A stretch of DNA of 64,000 nucleotides from Mobula hypostoma (Eukaryota). A model generated the notes under the pieces. That model made no database searches. It saw only the letters and a program-made list of their open reading frames with translations, and was not told where the DNA came from. Position numbers and translations under genes: made by a program. Location: contig NW_026948140.1 in the NCBI RefSeq assembly GCF_963921235.1, positions 62,001 through 126,000 on the forward strand. Direction: 5' to 3'. Positions 46,150 to 59,228 of the stretch are shown piece by piece (the first letter of the stretch is position 1; every line of letters begins with the position of its first letter).

Positions 46150-49120
46150 CTTGGAAGTATAAATTAGGGAACAGATGTTCTCAGGGAAATGTACTGCAGA
46201 ATATGGCAAATGTTCAGGGGATATTCGCATGGTGTTCTGCACAGGTACATTCCAAAGAGACAGGGAAAGGATGGTAGGGTACAGGAACCGTGGTGTACAA
46301 AGACAGTTGAAAATCTAGTCAAGAAGAAAAGAAAAGCTTACAAAAAAAACTAGGTAATGATAGAGATCCAGAAAATTATAAGGCTAGCAGGAAGAAGTTT
46401 AAGAATGAAATTAGGAGAGCGAGAAGGGGCTATGAGAAGGCCTTGGCGAACAGGATGAAGGAAACCCCCAAGGCATTCTACAAGTATGTGAAGAATGAGG
46501 ATAAGACATGAGAGAATAGGACTAATCAAGTGTGACAATGGAAAAGTGTGTATGGAGATAGTGGATGATACTTAACGAATACTTAGTTTCAGTATTCACT
46601 ACGGAAAAGGATCTTGGCAATTGTAGGGCAAGTTGTGCCTTACCAGCATGACTGAAGTTTTGGAGGTTGTGACTGAACACATTGATGAAGGTAGAGCAGT
46701 AAATGGATTTCAGCAAGACATTTGATAAGGTACCCCATACAAGGCTTATTGAGAAAGTAAGGAGGCATGGGATTCAAGGTGACCTTGCTTTGTGGATCCA
46801 GAACTGGCTTACACACAGAAGGCAAAGAGTGGTTGAACATAGAACATAGAACATAGAATAGTACAGCACAGTACAGGCCCTTCGGCCCACAATGTTGTGC
46901 CGACCCTCAAACCCTGCCTCCCATATAAGCCCCCACCTTAGATTCTTCCATATACCTGTCTAGTAGTCTCTTAAACTTCACTAGTGTATTTGCCTCCACC
47001 ACTGACTCAGGCAGTGCATTCCATGCACCAACCACTCTCTGAGTAAAAAAACCTTCCTCTAATATCCCCCTTGAACTTCCCACCCCTTACCTTAAAGCCA
47101 CGTCCTCTTGTATTGAGCAGTGGTGCCCTGGGGAAGAGGCGCTGGCTATCCACTCTATCTATTCCTCTTATTATCTTGTACACCTCTATCATTTCTCCTC
47201 TCATCCTCCTTCTCTCCAAAGAGTAAAGCCCTAGTTCCCTTAATCTCTGATCATAATGCATTCTTTCTAAACCAGGCAGCATCCTGGTAAATCTCCTCTG
47301 TACCCTTTCCAATGCTTCCACATCCTTCCTATAGTGAGGTGACCAGAACTGGACACAATACTCCAAGTGTGGCTAAACCAGAGTTTTATAGAGCTGCATC
47401 ATTACATCGCGACTCTTAAACTCTATCCCTCGACTTATGAAAGCTAACACCCCATAAGCTTTCTTAACTACCTTATCCACCTGTGAGGCAACTTTCAGGG
47501 ATCTGTGGACATGTACCCCGAGCACCCTCTGCTCCTCTACACTACCAAGTATCCTGCCATTTACTTTGTACTCTGCCTTGGAGTTTGTCCTTCCAAAGTG
47601 TACCACCTCACACTTCTCCGGGTTGAACTCCATCTGCCACTTCTCAGCCCACTTCTGCATCCTATCAATGTCTCTCTGCAATCTTTGACAATCCTCTACA
47701 CTATCTACAACACCACCAACCTTTGTGTCGTCTGCAAACTTGCCAACCCACCCTTCAACCCCCACATCCAGGTCGTTAATAAAAATCACGAAAAGTAGAG
47801 GTCCCAGAACAGATCCTTGTGGGACACCACTAGTCACAATCCTCCAATCTGAATGTACTCCCTCCACCACCACCCTCTGCCTTCTGCAGGCAAGCCAATT
47901 CTGAATCCACCTGGCCAAACTTCCCTGGATCCCATGCCTTCTAACTTTCTGAATAAGCCTACTGTGTGGAACCTTGTCAAATGCCTTACTAAAATCCATA
48001 TAGATCACATCCACTGCACTACCGTCATCTATATGCCTGGTCACCTCCTCAAAGACCTCTATCAGGCTTGTTAGACACGATCTGCCCTTCACAAAGCCAT
48101 GCTGACTGTCCCTGATCAGACCATGATTCTCTAAATGCCTATAGATCCTATCTCTAAGAATATTTTCCAACAACTTTCCCACCACAGACGGGTTGTAGAT
48201 GGATCATAATCTAAATGGAGGTTGGTGACCAGTGGTGTGCCTCAAGGATCGGTTCTGGAACCAATGCTCTTTGTGATTTTTATAAATGACCTGGATGAAG
48301 AAGTGGAGGGATGGATTAGTAAATTTGCTGATGACACAAAGGTTGGGGGTGTTGTGGATAGTGTGGAGGGCTGTCCGATGTTACAGCGGGACATCAATAG
48401 GATGCAAAACTGGGCAGAGAAGTAGAAGATGGAGCTCAACCCAGATAAGTGTGAGGTGGTTCATTTGGGTAGGTCAAATATAATGGCAGAATATAGTATT
48501 GATGGTAAGACTCTTGGAAGTGTAGAAGATCAGAGGGATCTTGGGGTCTAAGTCCATAGGACACTCAAAGCTGTTGCGCAGGTTGACTCTGTGGTTAAGA
48601 AGGCGTACGGTGTATTGGCCTTTATCAACCGTGGGATTGAGTTTAAGAGTCGAGAGGTGATGTTGCAGCTATATAGGACCCTGGTCAGACCCCTCTTGGA
48701 GTACCGTGCTAAGTTCTGGTCACCTCACTACAGGAAGGATGCGGGAACTATAGAAAGGGTGTAGAGGAGATTTACAAGGATGTTTCCTGGATTGGGGAGC
48801 ATGCCATATGAGAATAGGTTGAGTGAACTTGGCCTATTCTCCTTGGAGCGACAGAGGATGAGAGGTGACCTGATAGAGGTGTATAAGATGATGAGAGGCA
48901 TTGACCATGTGAATAGTCAGAGGCTTTTTCACAGGGCTGAAATGACTAGCACGAGAGGGCACGGTTTTAAGGTGCTTGAAAGTAGGTACAGAGGAGATAT
49001 CAGAGCTAAGATTTTTACGCAAAGAGTGGTGAGTGCGTGGAACGGGCTGCCAGCCATGGTGGTGAAGGCAGATACAATAGGGACTTTTAAGGGACTCCTG
49101 GACAGGTACGTGGAGCTTAG
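46150..49120 (+). mobile_element. CR1 fragment split by a family B CR1 (46836-48190, minus, TSD ggttg)
   Basis: RQRVVV|DG coding continuity across the insertion; ggttg at 46831-46835 and 48191-48195. Confidence 0.88.
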
Positions 49121-49439
49121 GTTTAATATGCTCTGGGCCTGGCGCATAGATCGATTAAACCTCAGGTCTTTCCTCACTCTAGGTTTTGGTGGACGAGTCT
49201 CTCCTCTGTTTGGCTCTCCGTTGCTTGTGGTGATTGTTTACCAGAAAAAGTGATATTAATAAAGTATTTCATTGTATTCTTTGGTTTGTTTGCCATCACT
49301 AAGTAGTCGCTCAGCTTCACCAGTTCCATCTTAAATTTGGAAGACTATCATCCAATTTTTACCCCCACTACCACATAGCACGGGCAGTGATCCAGAGATT
49401 CTTAGCTTCTTTCACAAGTTCCTTCTCTATGGTTAAGAA

Positions 49440-52400
49440 TATTCTCCATTAATATCAAGAAGGCAAATGGAATGTTGGCCTTCATTGCTCGAGGGATTGA
49501 ATTTAAGAGCAGGGAGGTTATGCTGCAACTGTACAGGGTACTGGTGAGGCTGCACCTGGAGTACTGTGTGCAGTTCTGGTCTCCTTACTTTAGGAAGAAT
49601 ATACTGGCTTTGAAGGCAGTGCAGAGGAGGTTTCAGGTTCATTCCAGAGATGAGGGAGTGATACTATGAGCAAACATTGAGTCGCCTGGGATTGTACTCG
49701 CTGGAATTCAGAAGAATGAGAGGAGATCTTATAGAAACATATAAAATTGTGAAGGGGATAGATAAGACAGAGGCAGGAAAGTTTTTTCCACTGGTAGGTG
49801 AGACTAGAACTAGGGGACATAGCCTCAAGATTCAGGGGAGTAGATTTAGAACAGAGATGAGGAACTGCTTTTCCCAGAGAATGGTGAATCTGTGGAATTC
49901 TCTGCCCAGAGAGGCTACCTCAGTAAATATATTTAAGACAAGGTTGGATAGAATTTTGCATAGTAGGGGAATTAAGGGTTCTGGGGAAAAGGCAGGTAGA
50001 TGGAGATGAGTCCAAGGCCAGATCAGCCATGATCTTATTGAATGGCGGCGCATTCTCAACTGGCCAAATGGCCTACTCCTACTCCTGTTTCTTATGTTCT
50101 TATATTCTAATTTCCAATGGAACTTATGTCCACAGTTGCATATATTTCAATGCAACAAGTCGTCGTGGCTATCCCTCGAGGTCGAGGATGATGGCTTTCA
50201 TTCTGTAGATCTACTTATGGGGCTCTCAAGAGGCTTATGAACCCAATCTTGGCTTTGAAAGTTCTTCCGCGCTCAGGGCAGGTGGTTCCAGATGGCAGAT
50301 CAGGCTTTGGTTGTTGCTGCCTCTCTTTCTATTTTCTTCTTCTTTCTTCTAATTCTGCACATCTGCTGCCAACAAAGTATCATTGGAAAGGCAGATGAGC
50401 TCAGGGCATGGATCAACAACTGGAGTTATGATATTGTAGCCATTAGTGAGATTTGTTTGCAGGAAGGGCAGGTCTTGCAGCTCAATATTCCAGGGTCCCA
50501 CTGTTCTAGATGCAACAGAGTGGGAGGGATTAAAGCATTACTAGTCAGGAAAAATGTCAGTGTTTCAGTCAACCGCACAATTTCACTGGTGAATACTGAA
50601 GGAAATTATTTATTAAGTACTTCCGCTACCTCCTCCGGCTCCATGCATGTTTCCACTCTCCCTCCTGATTGGTCCTATTTTCACATAGCTCATCACGTAC
50701 TTGTGGAATGCCTTGGGGTTTTCCTTAATCCGGCTCAGCAAGGCCTTCTCATTGCCCCTTCCTAGCTCTCCTAATTTCATTCTTGAACTCCTTCCGAGCA
50801 ACCTTGTAATTTTCTAGAGCTCTAACAGTACCCAGTTTCTTGAACCTTTAGTAGGCTCTTCTTTTCTTCTTAACTAGATTTTCTATGTTCTTTGTACACC
50901 ATGGCTCATTTATACTACCATCCTTTCACTACCTCAATGAAACATACCTATGCAGAACTCCATGCAAATGTTCCCTGAACATTTGCCGTATTTCTTCCAA
51001 GCATTTCCCTGAGAAAATCTGCTCCTAATTTATGTTCCCTAATAGCGTCATATATCCCCCTACCCCAATTAAATGTTTTCCCAAATCGTCTGCTCCTAAC
51101 CCTCTCCAACACTATGGTAAAGGAGATAGAGTTGTGATCACTACCTCCAAAATGCTCTTCCACCAGGAGATCTGACACCTGAGCTGGTTCATTTCCCAAT
51201 ACCAGATCAAGTACAGCCTCTCCTTGTCACAATGGGGGCGCTGAGAGTGGCCCCAAATGCAAGGCACAGACACATCTTGTGAGGTTAACGTAAATTAAGT
51301 TTATTGCTTGTTACAAGGAGAGCAAAGCAGAAGCAGGAATAGCATACTGGATAAGGACTCAGTCCTTGTACTAGGCTGGGACTAAGGGTCTGGGCTAGGA
51401 CTCAGAATCACGGACCTCCAGGGCCAGGACGTGATACTTGAAGCCCCCAATCCCCCCCCCCCCCAGAGTCAGGACTCGATATTTGGGCGCCCCCGGAGTC
51501 AGGACTTGAAACGCAGGAGTCCCCAGAGCCAGGACTCGATACTTGGGAGCAAATGAGGTACTTAAGGAGTATAGGAAATGCAAGGGAACACTTCAGAAAT
51601 CAGGAGGGCAAAAAGAAGACATGCAGTTGCTCTAGCAGACAAGGTGAAGGAGAATCCTAACAGCTTCCACAGATATATTAAGAGCAGAATTGTTCCGATG
51701 GAAGATCAGAGGGATAATCTATGTGCGGAGCCAAAGAGATGGGGGAGATCTTGAAAGGATTCTTTTGCATCTGTGTTCACTTGAGAGATGGACAGTTTAC
51801 AGATGTGAGCAAATGCAGCATTCAATTCATGGACCCTATAGTGATTACAAAGGAAGAGTTTTTTGCTATTTTGAGGCAATTAGGGTAGATAAATCCTCAG
51901 GGCCTAACGAGGTGTTCCATTGGACCCTGTGGAAGCCCAGTGCAGAAATTGCAGGGGCCCTACCAAAGATATTTAAAACATCCTTAGCCATGGGTGAGAT
52001 GCCAGAGAATTGAAGGACAGCTAATGTTCTACTGTTTAAGAAAGACTCTAAGAATAAGCTACAAAATTATAGACCACTGAGCCTGAAATCAGTGATGGGA
52101 AAGTTATTGGATGGTATACTAAGGAAGCAGGTATTTAAGTATTGGGATAGACAGGGACTAATTAGGGATAGGCATCATTGCTTTGTGCCTGGTAGGTTGT
52201 GTCTATCCATCCTTATTGAACTTTTGAGGAAGTTACCAGGAAAGTGATGAAGGCAAGGCAGTGGATGTTGTCTACAAGGACTTTAGTAAGCCCTTTGACA
52301 AAGTGCCATATGGAAGGTTGGTCCAGAAGTTTCAATTGCCTGGCATTCAAGATGAGGTGGACAACTGGATTTGATAATGGCTTCATGGGAGCATCCAAAG

Positions 52401-53440
52401 AGTGATAGTACTGTAGGGATTGGTGTTGGGTCCGTTGTTATTTGCCATCTACATCAATGATCTGGATAAGCATTTAGTTAACTGGAAAATGACTTGGATA
52501 ATGGAATTGAAGGCTTTGTGGCAAAGTTTGCAAATGATACAAATATAGGTGGAGAGGTAGGTAGTGCTGAGGAAGCAATGCGATTGCAGCAGGACTTAGA
52601 CAAATTGGAAGAATGGGCAAAAAGTGGCAGATGGAATACAATGTTTGGAAATGTATGATAATGCATTTTGGTAAAAGGAGTCCTCATGCAAGACTCGCAG
52701 AAGATTAATTTACAGGTTGAGTCTGTGATAAAGAAGGCAAATGCAATGTTGGCATTTATTCCAAGGGAAATAGAATATAAAAGCAAAGAGATAATGCTGA
52801 GGCTTAATAAGACACTAATCAGGCCACACTTGTCAACAGTTTAGAGCCCCAAATCTTAGGAAGGATGTGTTGTCCTTGGAGATTCCAGGGGAGGTTCATG
52901 AAGATGATTCTGGGAATTAAGTGATTATCATATGAGTAGCATTTGGCAGCTTTGGGCCTGAACTCACTCGAAGTTAGAAGATTGCGGGGAGATCTCATTG
53001 AAACATACCAAATGTTGAAAGGACTAGATAGGGTGGATGTGGAGAGGATGTTTCCTCTGGTGGGGTATTCGGAATTAGAGGACACAGCCTCAAAATTGAG
53101 GATTGGCCTTTTAAAACAGAGGTGAGGAGGGACTTTTTTCATCAGAGAGTAGTGAATCTGTGGAATGCTCTGCCACACTCTGTGTTGGAGGCCAAGACTG
53201 TGGGTATATTTAAAGCAGAATTTGATCGCTTCCTGATCGGTCAGGGCATCAAAGGATATGGCAGGAAGGCAGGTGTGTGGGATTGAGTGGGATCCAGGAT
53301 CAGCCATTATGGAATAGCAGAGCAGACTTGATAGGCTGAATGGCCTAAATCTGCTTTTATATCTTATGGTCCTATGGTCTAACTGGATTAGCAAACTTGC
53401 GGATGAGATCGAGATTGGGAGTACGGTGCATAGTGAGAAA
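49440..53440. mobile_element. Mosaic of decayed CR1 fragments on both strands, with an LTR-like piece and ~30-bp tandem repeats at 51226-51550
   Basis: CR1 motifs in ORFs 49472-50009, 50948-51199 and 52943-53125; repeated caggactcgatacttg. Confidence 0.75.
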
Positions 53441-53444
53441 GACT

Positions 53445-54238
53445 TGTCACGTACCCCATGACGAGTTAAAGAACCAGCAGAAAAGGAAAACACCTTGGAG
53501 TCTGGTATTGCTGTTAACTAATGCTATTTATTAGTAACTATGCAATACAGTAATAAAATTCAGAAATATCAAACAGGTTAGCAATGATTATATATATATG
53601 TATAAAACTGTGGAAATATAGAAACCAAGCTTCTTCAAGCCTAGGGGTGAATGGATACAGTTTTACGGTGATGAGTAAAAGGAATCAGTTCAGTTCAGTT
53701 CATGGTATTGAACTGAGTAGTGATGGAGAGCGAGAGGTGTTGTGGTTGTTCGAGTAAGCAGACGCTGTCGATTCTTCCTGTTGTCCTCCGAAATCCTTTA
53801 GAAGTCATTGAATGTGACCACAACAAGGGGACTTTTTCCTGTGGTGGAGTTATCAGCCCAGGTGAGCATTGGACACACTAATAACTTCACAGCGGTCACA
53901 CCTTTTCCACACCGTGAGAGCCACTGATCGATTCTCCAAAAATCCACCTTTCTGTCGGCACAGCAAAGCTCATCCAGTGTCCAAAATCATGTGTCTGTCT
54001 GTCTACCAGCTGACCTTCTATTTACCTCACCATGCTGAACACCAGCTGTCCATCAAGTAGCTCCTCCCTTCTCTCTCTGTAGGAACTCAGAAGCTGGCAG
54101 TGTCCTTGCAGAAATTCCAAACAAACTGTGAGCAGTCTTCACCTCTCTCTCTCTTAATAACAAGGTGTTTTTGCTGTACACTCTCTCTCTGTTTTTAAAA
54201 GTCACAGTGCATAAGAGATCGTTCAGGATCCAGTCACA
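53445..54238 (-). mobile_element. Solo LTR, same family as the LTR at 34283 and 63915+
   Basis: tgtcac...gtcaca with 4-bp TSD GACT. Confidence 0.9.
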
Positions 54239-55050
54239 GACTATCAAAAATTGCAGTGGGATGTGGACCAGCTGGAAAAATGGGCTGAAAAATGGCAGAT
54301 GGAATTTATTATAGACAAGTCTGAGGTGTTGAACTTTGGAAGGACCAGCCAGGGTAGGTCTTACACGATGAGTGAAAGAACACTAAGGAGTGAGGTAGAA
54401 TAGAGATATCTGGGAATACGGATCCATAATTCCTTGAAAGTGCCCTAACAAGTAATTTCTCTGCATCTCTGTTCTAAATGGATGTCCTTCAATCCTGAAG
54501 TTGTGCCCTCTTGTCCTAGACTCCCGTACCATGGGAAATAACTTTGCCATATCTAAACTTTTCAGGGCTTTTAACATTCGGAATGTTTCTATGAGATCTC
54601 CCTCTCATTCTCCTGAACTCCAGGGAATACAGCCCAAGAGCTGCCAGATGTTCCTCATACGGTAACCCTTTCATTCCTGGAATAATTCTCATGAATCTTC
54701 TCTGAACCCTCTCCAATGTCAGTATATCCTTTCTAAAATAAGGAGCCCACAACTGCACACAGTACTCCAGTGTAGTCTCACAAGTGCCTGAGAGAGTGTC
54801 AACATCACATCCCTGCTCTTATATTCTATACCGCTAGAAATGAATGCCAACATTACATTTTCCTTATTCACCATCGACTCACCCTGGAGGTTAACCTTTA
54901 GGGTATCCTGCCCAAGGACTTCCAAGTCCCTTTGAATCTCTGAATTTTGAATTCTCTCCCCATCTAAATAATATTCTGCCTTTTTATTTCTTCCACCAAA
55001 GTGTATGACCATACACTTTCCAACATTATATTTCATTTGCCACTTCTTTG

Positions 55051-55222
55051 CCACTACTACTACTACATCGACTCAGGCCTAGGGGCCTGGTGTCGGGCAT
55101 GATGACAGACTCTCCACTTCTCCCTCTCCCTCATCAGTGTGTTCACTTCATCTACATTAGCTGCACCGCTGTCTTCTCGGAGTGTGTTGAGCATAGTCTT
55201 GAGAGGGGCCGTTCACCCGAAC
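55051..55222 (-). mobile_element. RTE-like 3' end with (TAG)n tail, inserted in a CR1 fragment (54445-55475)
   Basis: RPLKTMLNTLRED...LMREREKWR followed by gtagtagtagtagt. Confidence 0.55.
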
Positions 55223-56038
55223 TATCTATGTCTCTCTGCAGGCTCTCTGTTTCCTCAACACATCGCACTCCTCCACTTATCTTTGTATCATCAGCAAATT
55301 TAGCCGCAATTCCATTAATCCCATAGTCCAAATCATTGACAAACATTGTAAAAAGCAGCAGTCCCAACACCGACCCCTGTGGAACCCCATTGGTAACCGG
55401 CAGCCAGCCAGAATAGGATCCCTTTATTCTCAATTCTCTACTTTCTGCCGATCAACCAATGCTCCACCCATGCTTTGATGTTATGGTCATTACAGAGACG
55501 TGGGTGGTTCAGGGGCAAGAATGGTTATCTTGAGTGCGAGGCTTCAGATGTTTCTGAAAGGACAGGGAGGGAGGCAAAAGAGGTGGGGGCATGGCATGGC
55601 TGATCAGATATAGAGTCAAGGCTGCAGAAAAGGAGGAAGTCATGGAGGAATTGTCTACTGAGTCTCTGTGGGTGGAAGTTCGGAACAGGAAGGAGTCAAT
55701 AACTCTACTGGGTGTTTTTTATAGACCACCCAATAGTAACAGGAACATCGAGGAGCAGAGAGGGAAACGGATTCTGGAAAGGTGTAATAATTATGGGGTT
55801 GTCGTCGTGGGAGATTTTAATTTCCCAAATATTGACTGGCATCTCCCTAGAGCAAGTGGTTTAGATGGGGTGGAGTTTGTGAGATGTGTTCAGGATGGTT
55901 TCCAGACACAATATGTAGATAAGCCTTCAAGAGGAGAGGATGTACTTGTTCTGGTATTAGGAAATGAACCTGGTCAGGTGTCAGGTCTCTCAGTGGGAGA
56001 ACATTTTGGAGATAGTGATCGTAATTCTATTTCCTTTA

Positions 56039-56446
56039 CCATGATGGGTTACAGAACCAGCAGAAATGGAAAACACTTTGAAGTCCGGTATTGCTATTAA
56101 CTAATGGTATTTATTAGTAACTATGCCATACAGTAATATAAATGCAGATAAATCAAACAGGTTAACAATGGTTTTATATATATGTAAGTCTGGAAATATA
56201 TGAAAACCAAGCTTCTTCAAGTCGAGGGGTAAATAGATAGTCTTACGATGATGAGTAAAGTTCAGTTCAGTTTGTGGTATTGAGTTGAGTAGTGATGGAG
56301 AGAGAGAGAGAGAGAGGTTGAGTCTTCAAGATGAGCTAACGACATCAATCGTCCTGTTGTCCTCTGAAATCCTTCAGAAGTCACCGAGTCTGACCACAAC
56401 AAAGGGGACCGTTCTTCTCTGATGGAATTATCAACGCAGGTGAGGG
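56039..56446 (-). mobile_element. LTR fragment of the 53445 family
   Basis: aaccagcagaaatggaaaacac...accaagcttcttcaag shared with that family. Confidence 0.85.
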
Positions 56447-59228
56447 ATGTTGTGCCGATGTTGTGCCGACCCTCAAACCCTGCCTCCCATATAATCCCCC
56501 ACCTTAAATTCCTCCATATACATGTCTAGTAGTCTTTTAAACTTCACTAGTGTATCTGCCTCCACCAATGACTCAGGCAGTGCATTCCACGCATCAACCA
56601 CTCTCTGAGAAAAAAAACTTCCTCTAATATCCCCCTTGAACTTCCCACTCCCTACCTTAAAACCATGTCCTCTTGTATTGAGCAGTGGTGTCCTGGGGAA
56701 GAGGGGCTGGCTATTCACTCTGTCTATTCCTCTTATTATCTTGTATACCTCTATCATCTCTCCTCTCATCCTCCTTCTCTCCAAAGAGTAAAGCCCGAGC
56801 TCCCTTAATCTCTGATCATAATGCATATGCTCTAAACCAGGCAGCATCCTGGTAAATCTCCTCTGTACCCTTTCCAATGCTTCCACATCCTTCCTATAGT
56901 GAGGCAACCAGAACTGGACACAGTAATCCAAGTGTGGCCTAACCAGAGTTTTACAGAGCTGCATCATTACATTGCGACTCTTAAACTCTATCCCTCGACT
57001 TATGAAAGCTAACACCCCATAAGCTTTCTTAACTTCCCTATCCACCTGTGACGCAATTTTCAGGGATCTATGGACATGTACCCCCAGATCACTCTGCTCC
57101 TCCACACTACTGAGTATCCTGCCATTTACTTTGTACTCTGCCTTGGAGTTTGTCTTTCCAAAGTGTACCACCTCACACTTCTCCGGATTGAACTCCATCT
57201 GCCACTTCTCAGCCCACTTCTGCATCCTATCAATGTCTCTCTGCAATCTTCAACAATTCTCGACAACACCACCAACCTTTGTGTCGTCTACAAACTTGCC
57301 AACCCACCCTTCTAGCCCCACATCCAGGTCATTAATAAAAATCACGAAAAGTAGAGGTCCCAGAACAGATCCTTGTGGGACACCACTAGTCACAATCCTC
57401 CAATCAGAATGTACTCCCTCCACCACCACCCTCTGCCTTCTGCAGGCAAGCCAATTCTGAATCCACCTGGCCAATCTTCCCTGGATCCCCTGCCTTCTGA
57501 CTTTCTGAATAAGACTACCTTGTGGAACCTTGTCAAATGCCTTACTAAAATCCATATAGATCACATCCACTGCACTACCCTCATCTATATGCCTGGTCAC
57601 CTCCTCAAAGAACTCTATCAGGCTTGTTAGACACTATCTGCCCTTCACAAAGCCATGCTGACTGTCCCTGATCAAACCATGATTCTCTAAATGCCCAGAG
57701 ATCCTATCTCTAAGAATCTTTTCCAATAGTTTTCCCACCACAGACGTGAGGCTCACTGGTCTATAATTACCCGGACTATCCCTACTACCTTTTTTGAACA
57801 AGGGGACAACATTCGCCTCCCTCCAATCCTCCGGTACCATTCCCATGGACAACGAGGACATAAAGATCCTAGCCAGAGGCTCAGCAATCTCTTCTCTCGC
57901 CTCGTGGAGCAGCCTGGGGAATAGTCCTTCAGGCCCCGGGGACTTATCCATCCTAATGTACTTTAACAACTCCAACACCTCCTCTCCCTTAATATCAACA
58001 TGCTCCCGAACATCAACCTCACTCATATTGTCCTCACCATCATCAAGTTCCCTCTCATTGGTGAATACCAAAGAGAAGTATTCATTGAGGACCTCGCTCA
58101 CTTCCACAGCCTCCAGGCACATCTTCCCACCTTTATCTCTAATCGGTCCTACCTTCACTCTTGTCATCCTTTTTTCCTTCACATAATTGAAGAATGCCTT
58201 GGGGTTTTCCTTTACCCTACTCGCCAAGGCCTTCTCATGCCCCCTTCTTGCTCTTCTCAGCCCCTTCTTAAGCTCCTTTCTTGCTTCCCTATATTCCTCA
58301 ATAGACCCATCAGATCCTTGCTTCCTAAACCTCATGTATGCTGCCTTCTTCTACCTGACTAGATTTTCCACTTCACTTGTCACCCATGGTTCCTTCACCC
58401 TACCATTCTTTATCTTCCTCACCAGGACAAATTTATCCCTAACATCCTGCAAGAGATCTCTAAACATCGAACACATGTCCATAGTACATTTCCCTGCAAA
58501 AATATCATCCCAATTCACACCCGCAAGTTCTAGCCTTATAGCCTCATAATTTGCCCTTCTGCAATTAAAAATTTTCCTGTCCTTTCTGATTCTATCCTTT
58601 TCCATGATAATGCTAAAGGCCAGGGAGCGGTGGTCACTGTCCCCCAGATGCTCACCCACTGAGAGATCTCTGACCTGACCTGGTTCATTACCAAGTACTA
58701 GATCTAGTATGGCATTCGTCCTACTCAGCCTGTCCACATACTGTGACAGGAATCCATCCTGGACACACTTAACAAATTCTGCTCCATCTAACCCTTGGAA
58801 CTAATCAAGTCCCAATCAATATTCGGGAAGTTAAAGTCACCCATGATAACAACCCTGTTATTTTTGCACCTTTCCAAAATCTGCCTCCCAATCTGCTCCT
58901 CTGTATCTCTGCTGCTACCAGGGGGCCTATAGAATACCCCCAGTAGAGTAACTGCTCCCTTCCTGTTCCTGACTTCCACCCATATTGACTCAAAAGAGGA
59001 TCCTGCTACATTACCCACCCTTTCTGTAGCTGTAATAGTATCCCTGACCAGTAATGCCACCACTCCTCTCCTTTTTCCGCCCTCTCTATCCCTTTTAAAA
59101 CCCTGAAATCCAGGAATATTGAGAATCCATTTCTGCCCTGGTGCCAGACAAGTCTCTGTAATGGCCACAACATCATAATTCCATGTATGTATCCAAGCTC
59201 TCAGTTCATCACCTTTGGTCTTGATGCT
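56447..59228 (-). mobile_element. CR1 family B ORF2 (APE + RT) with several stops and frameshifts
   Basis: ORFs 58788-59168, 58351-58737, 57634-58335, 57250-57600 and 56473-57246. Confidence 0.93.
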
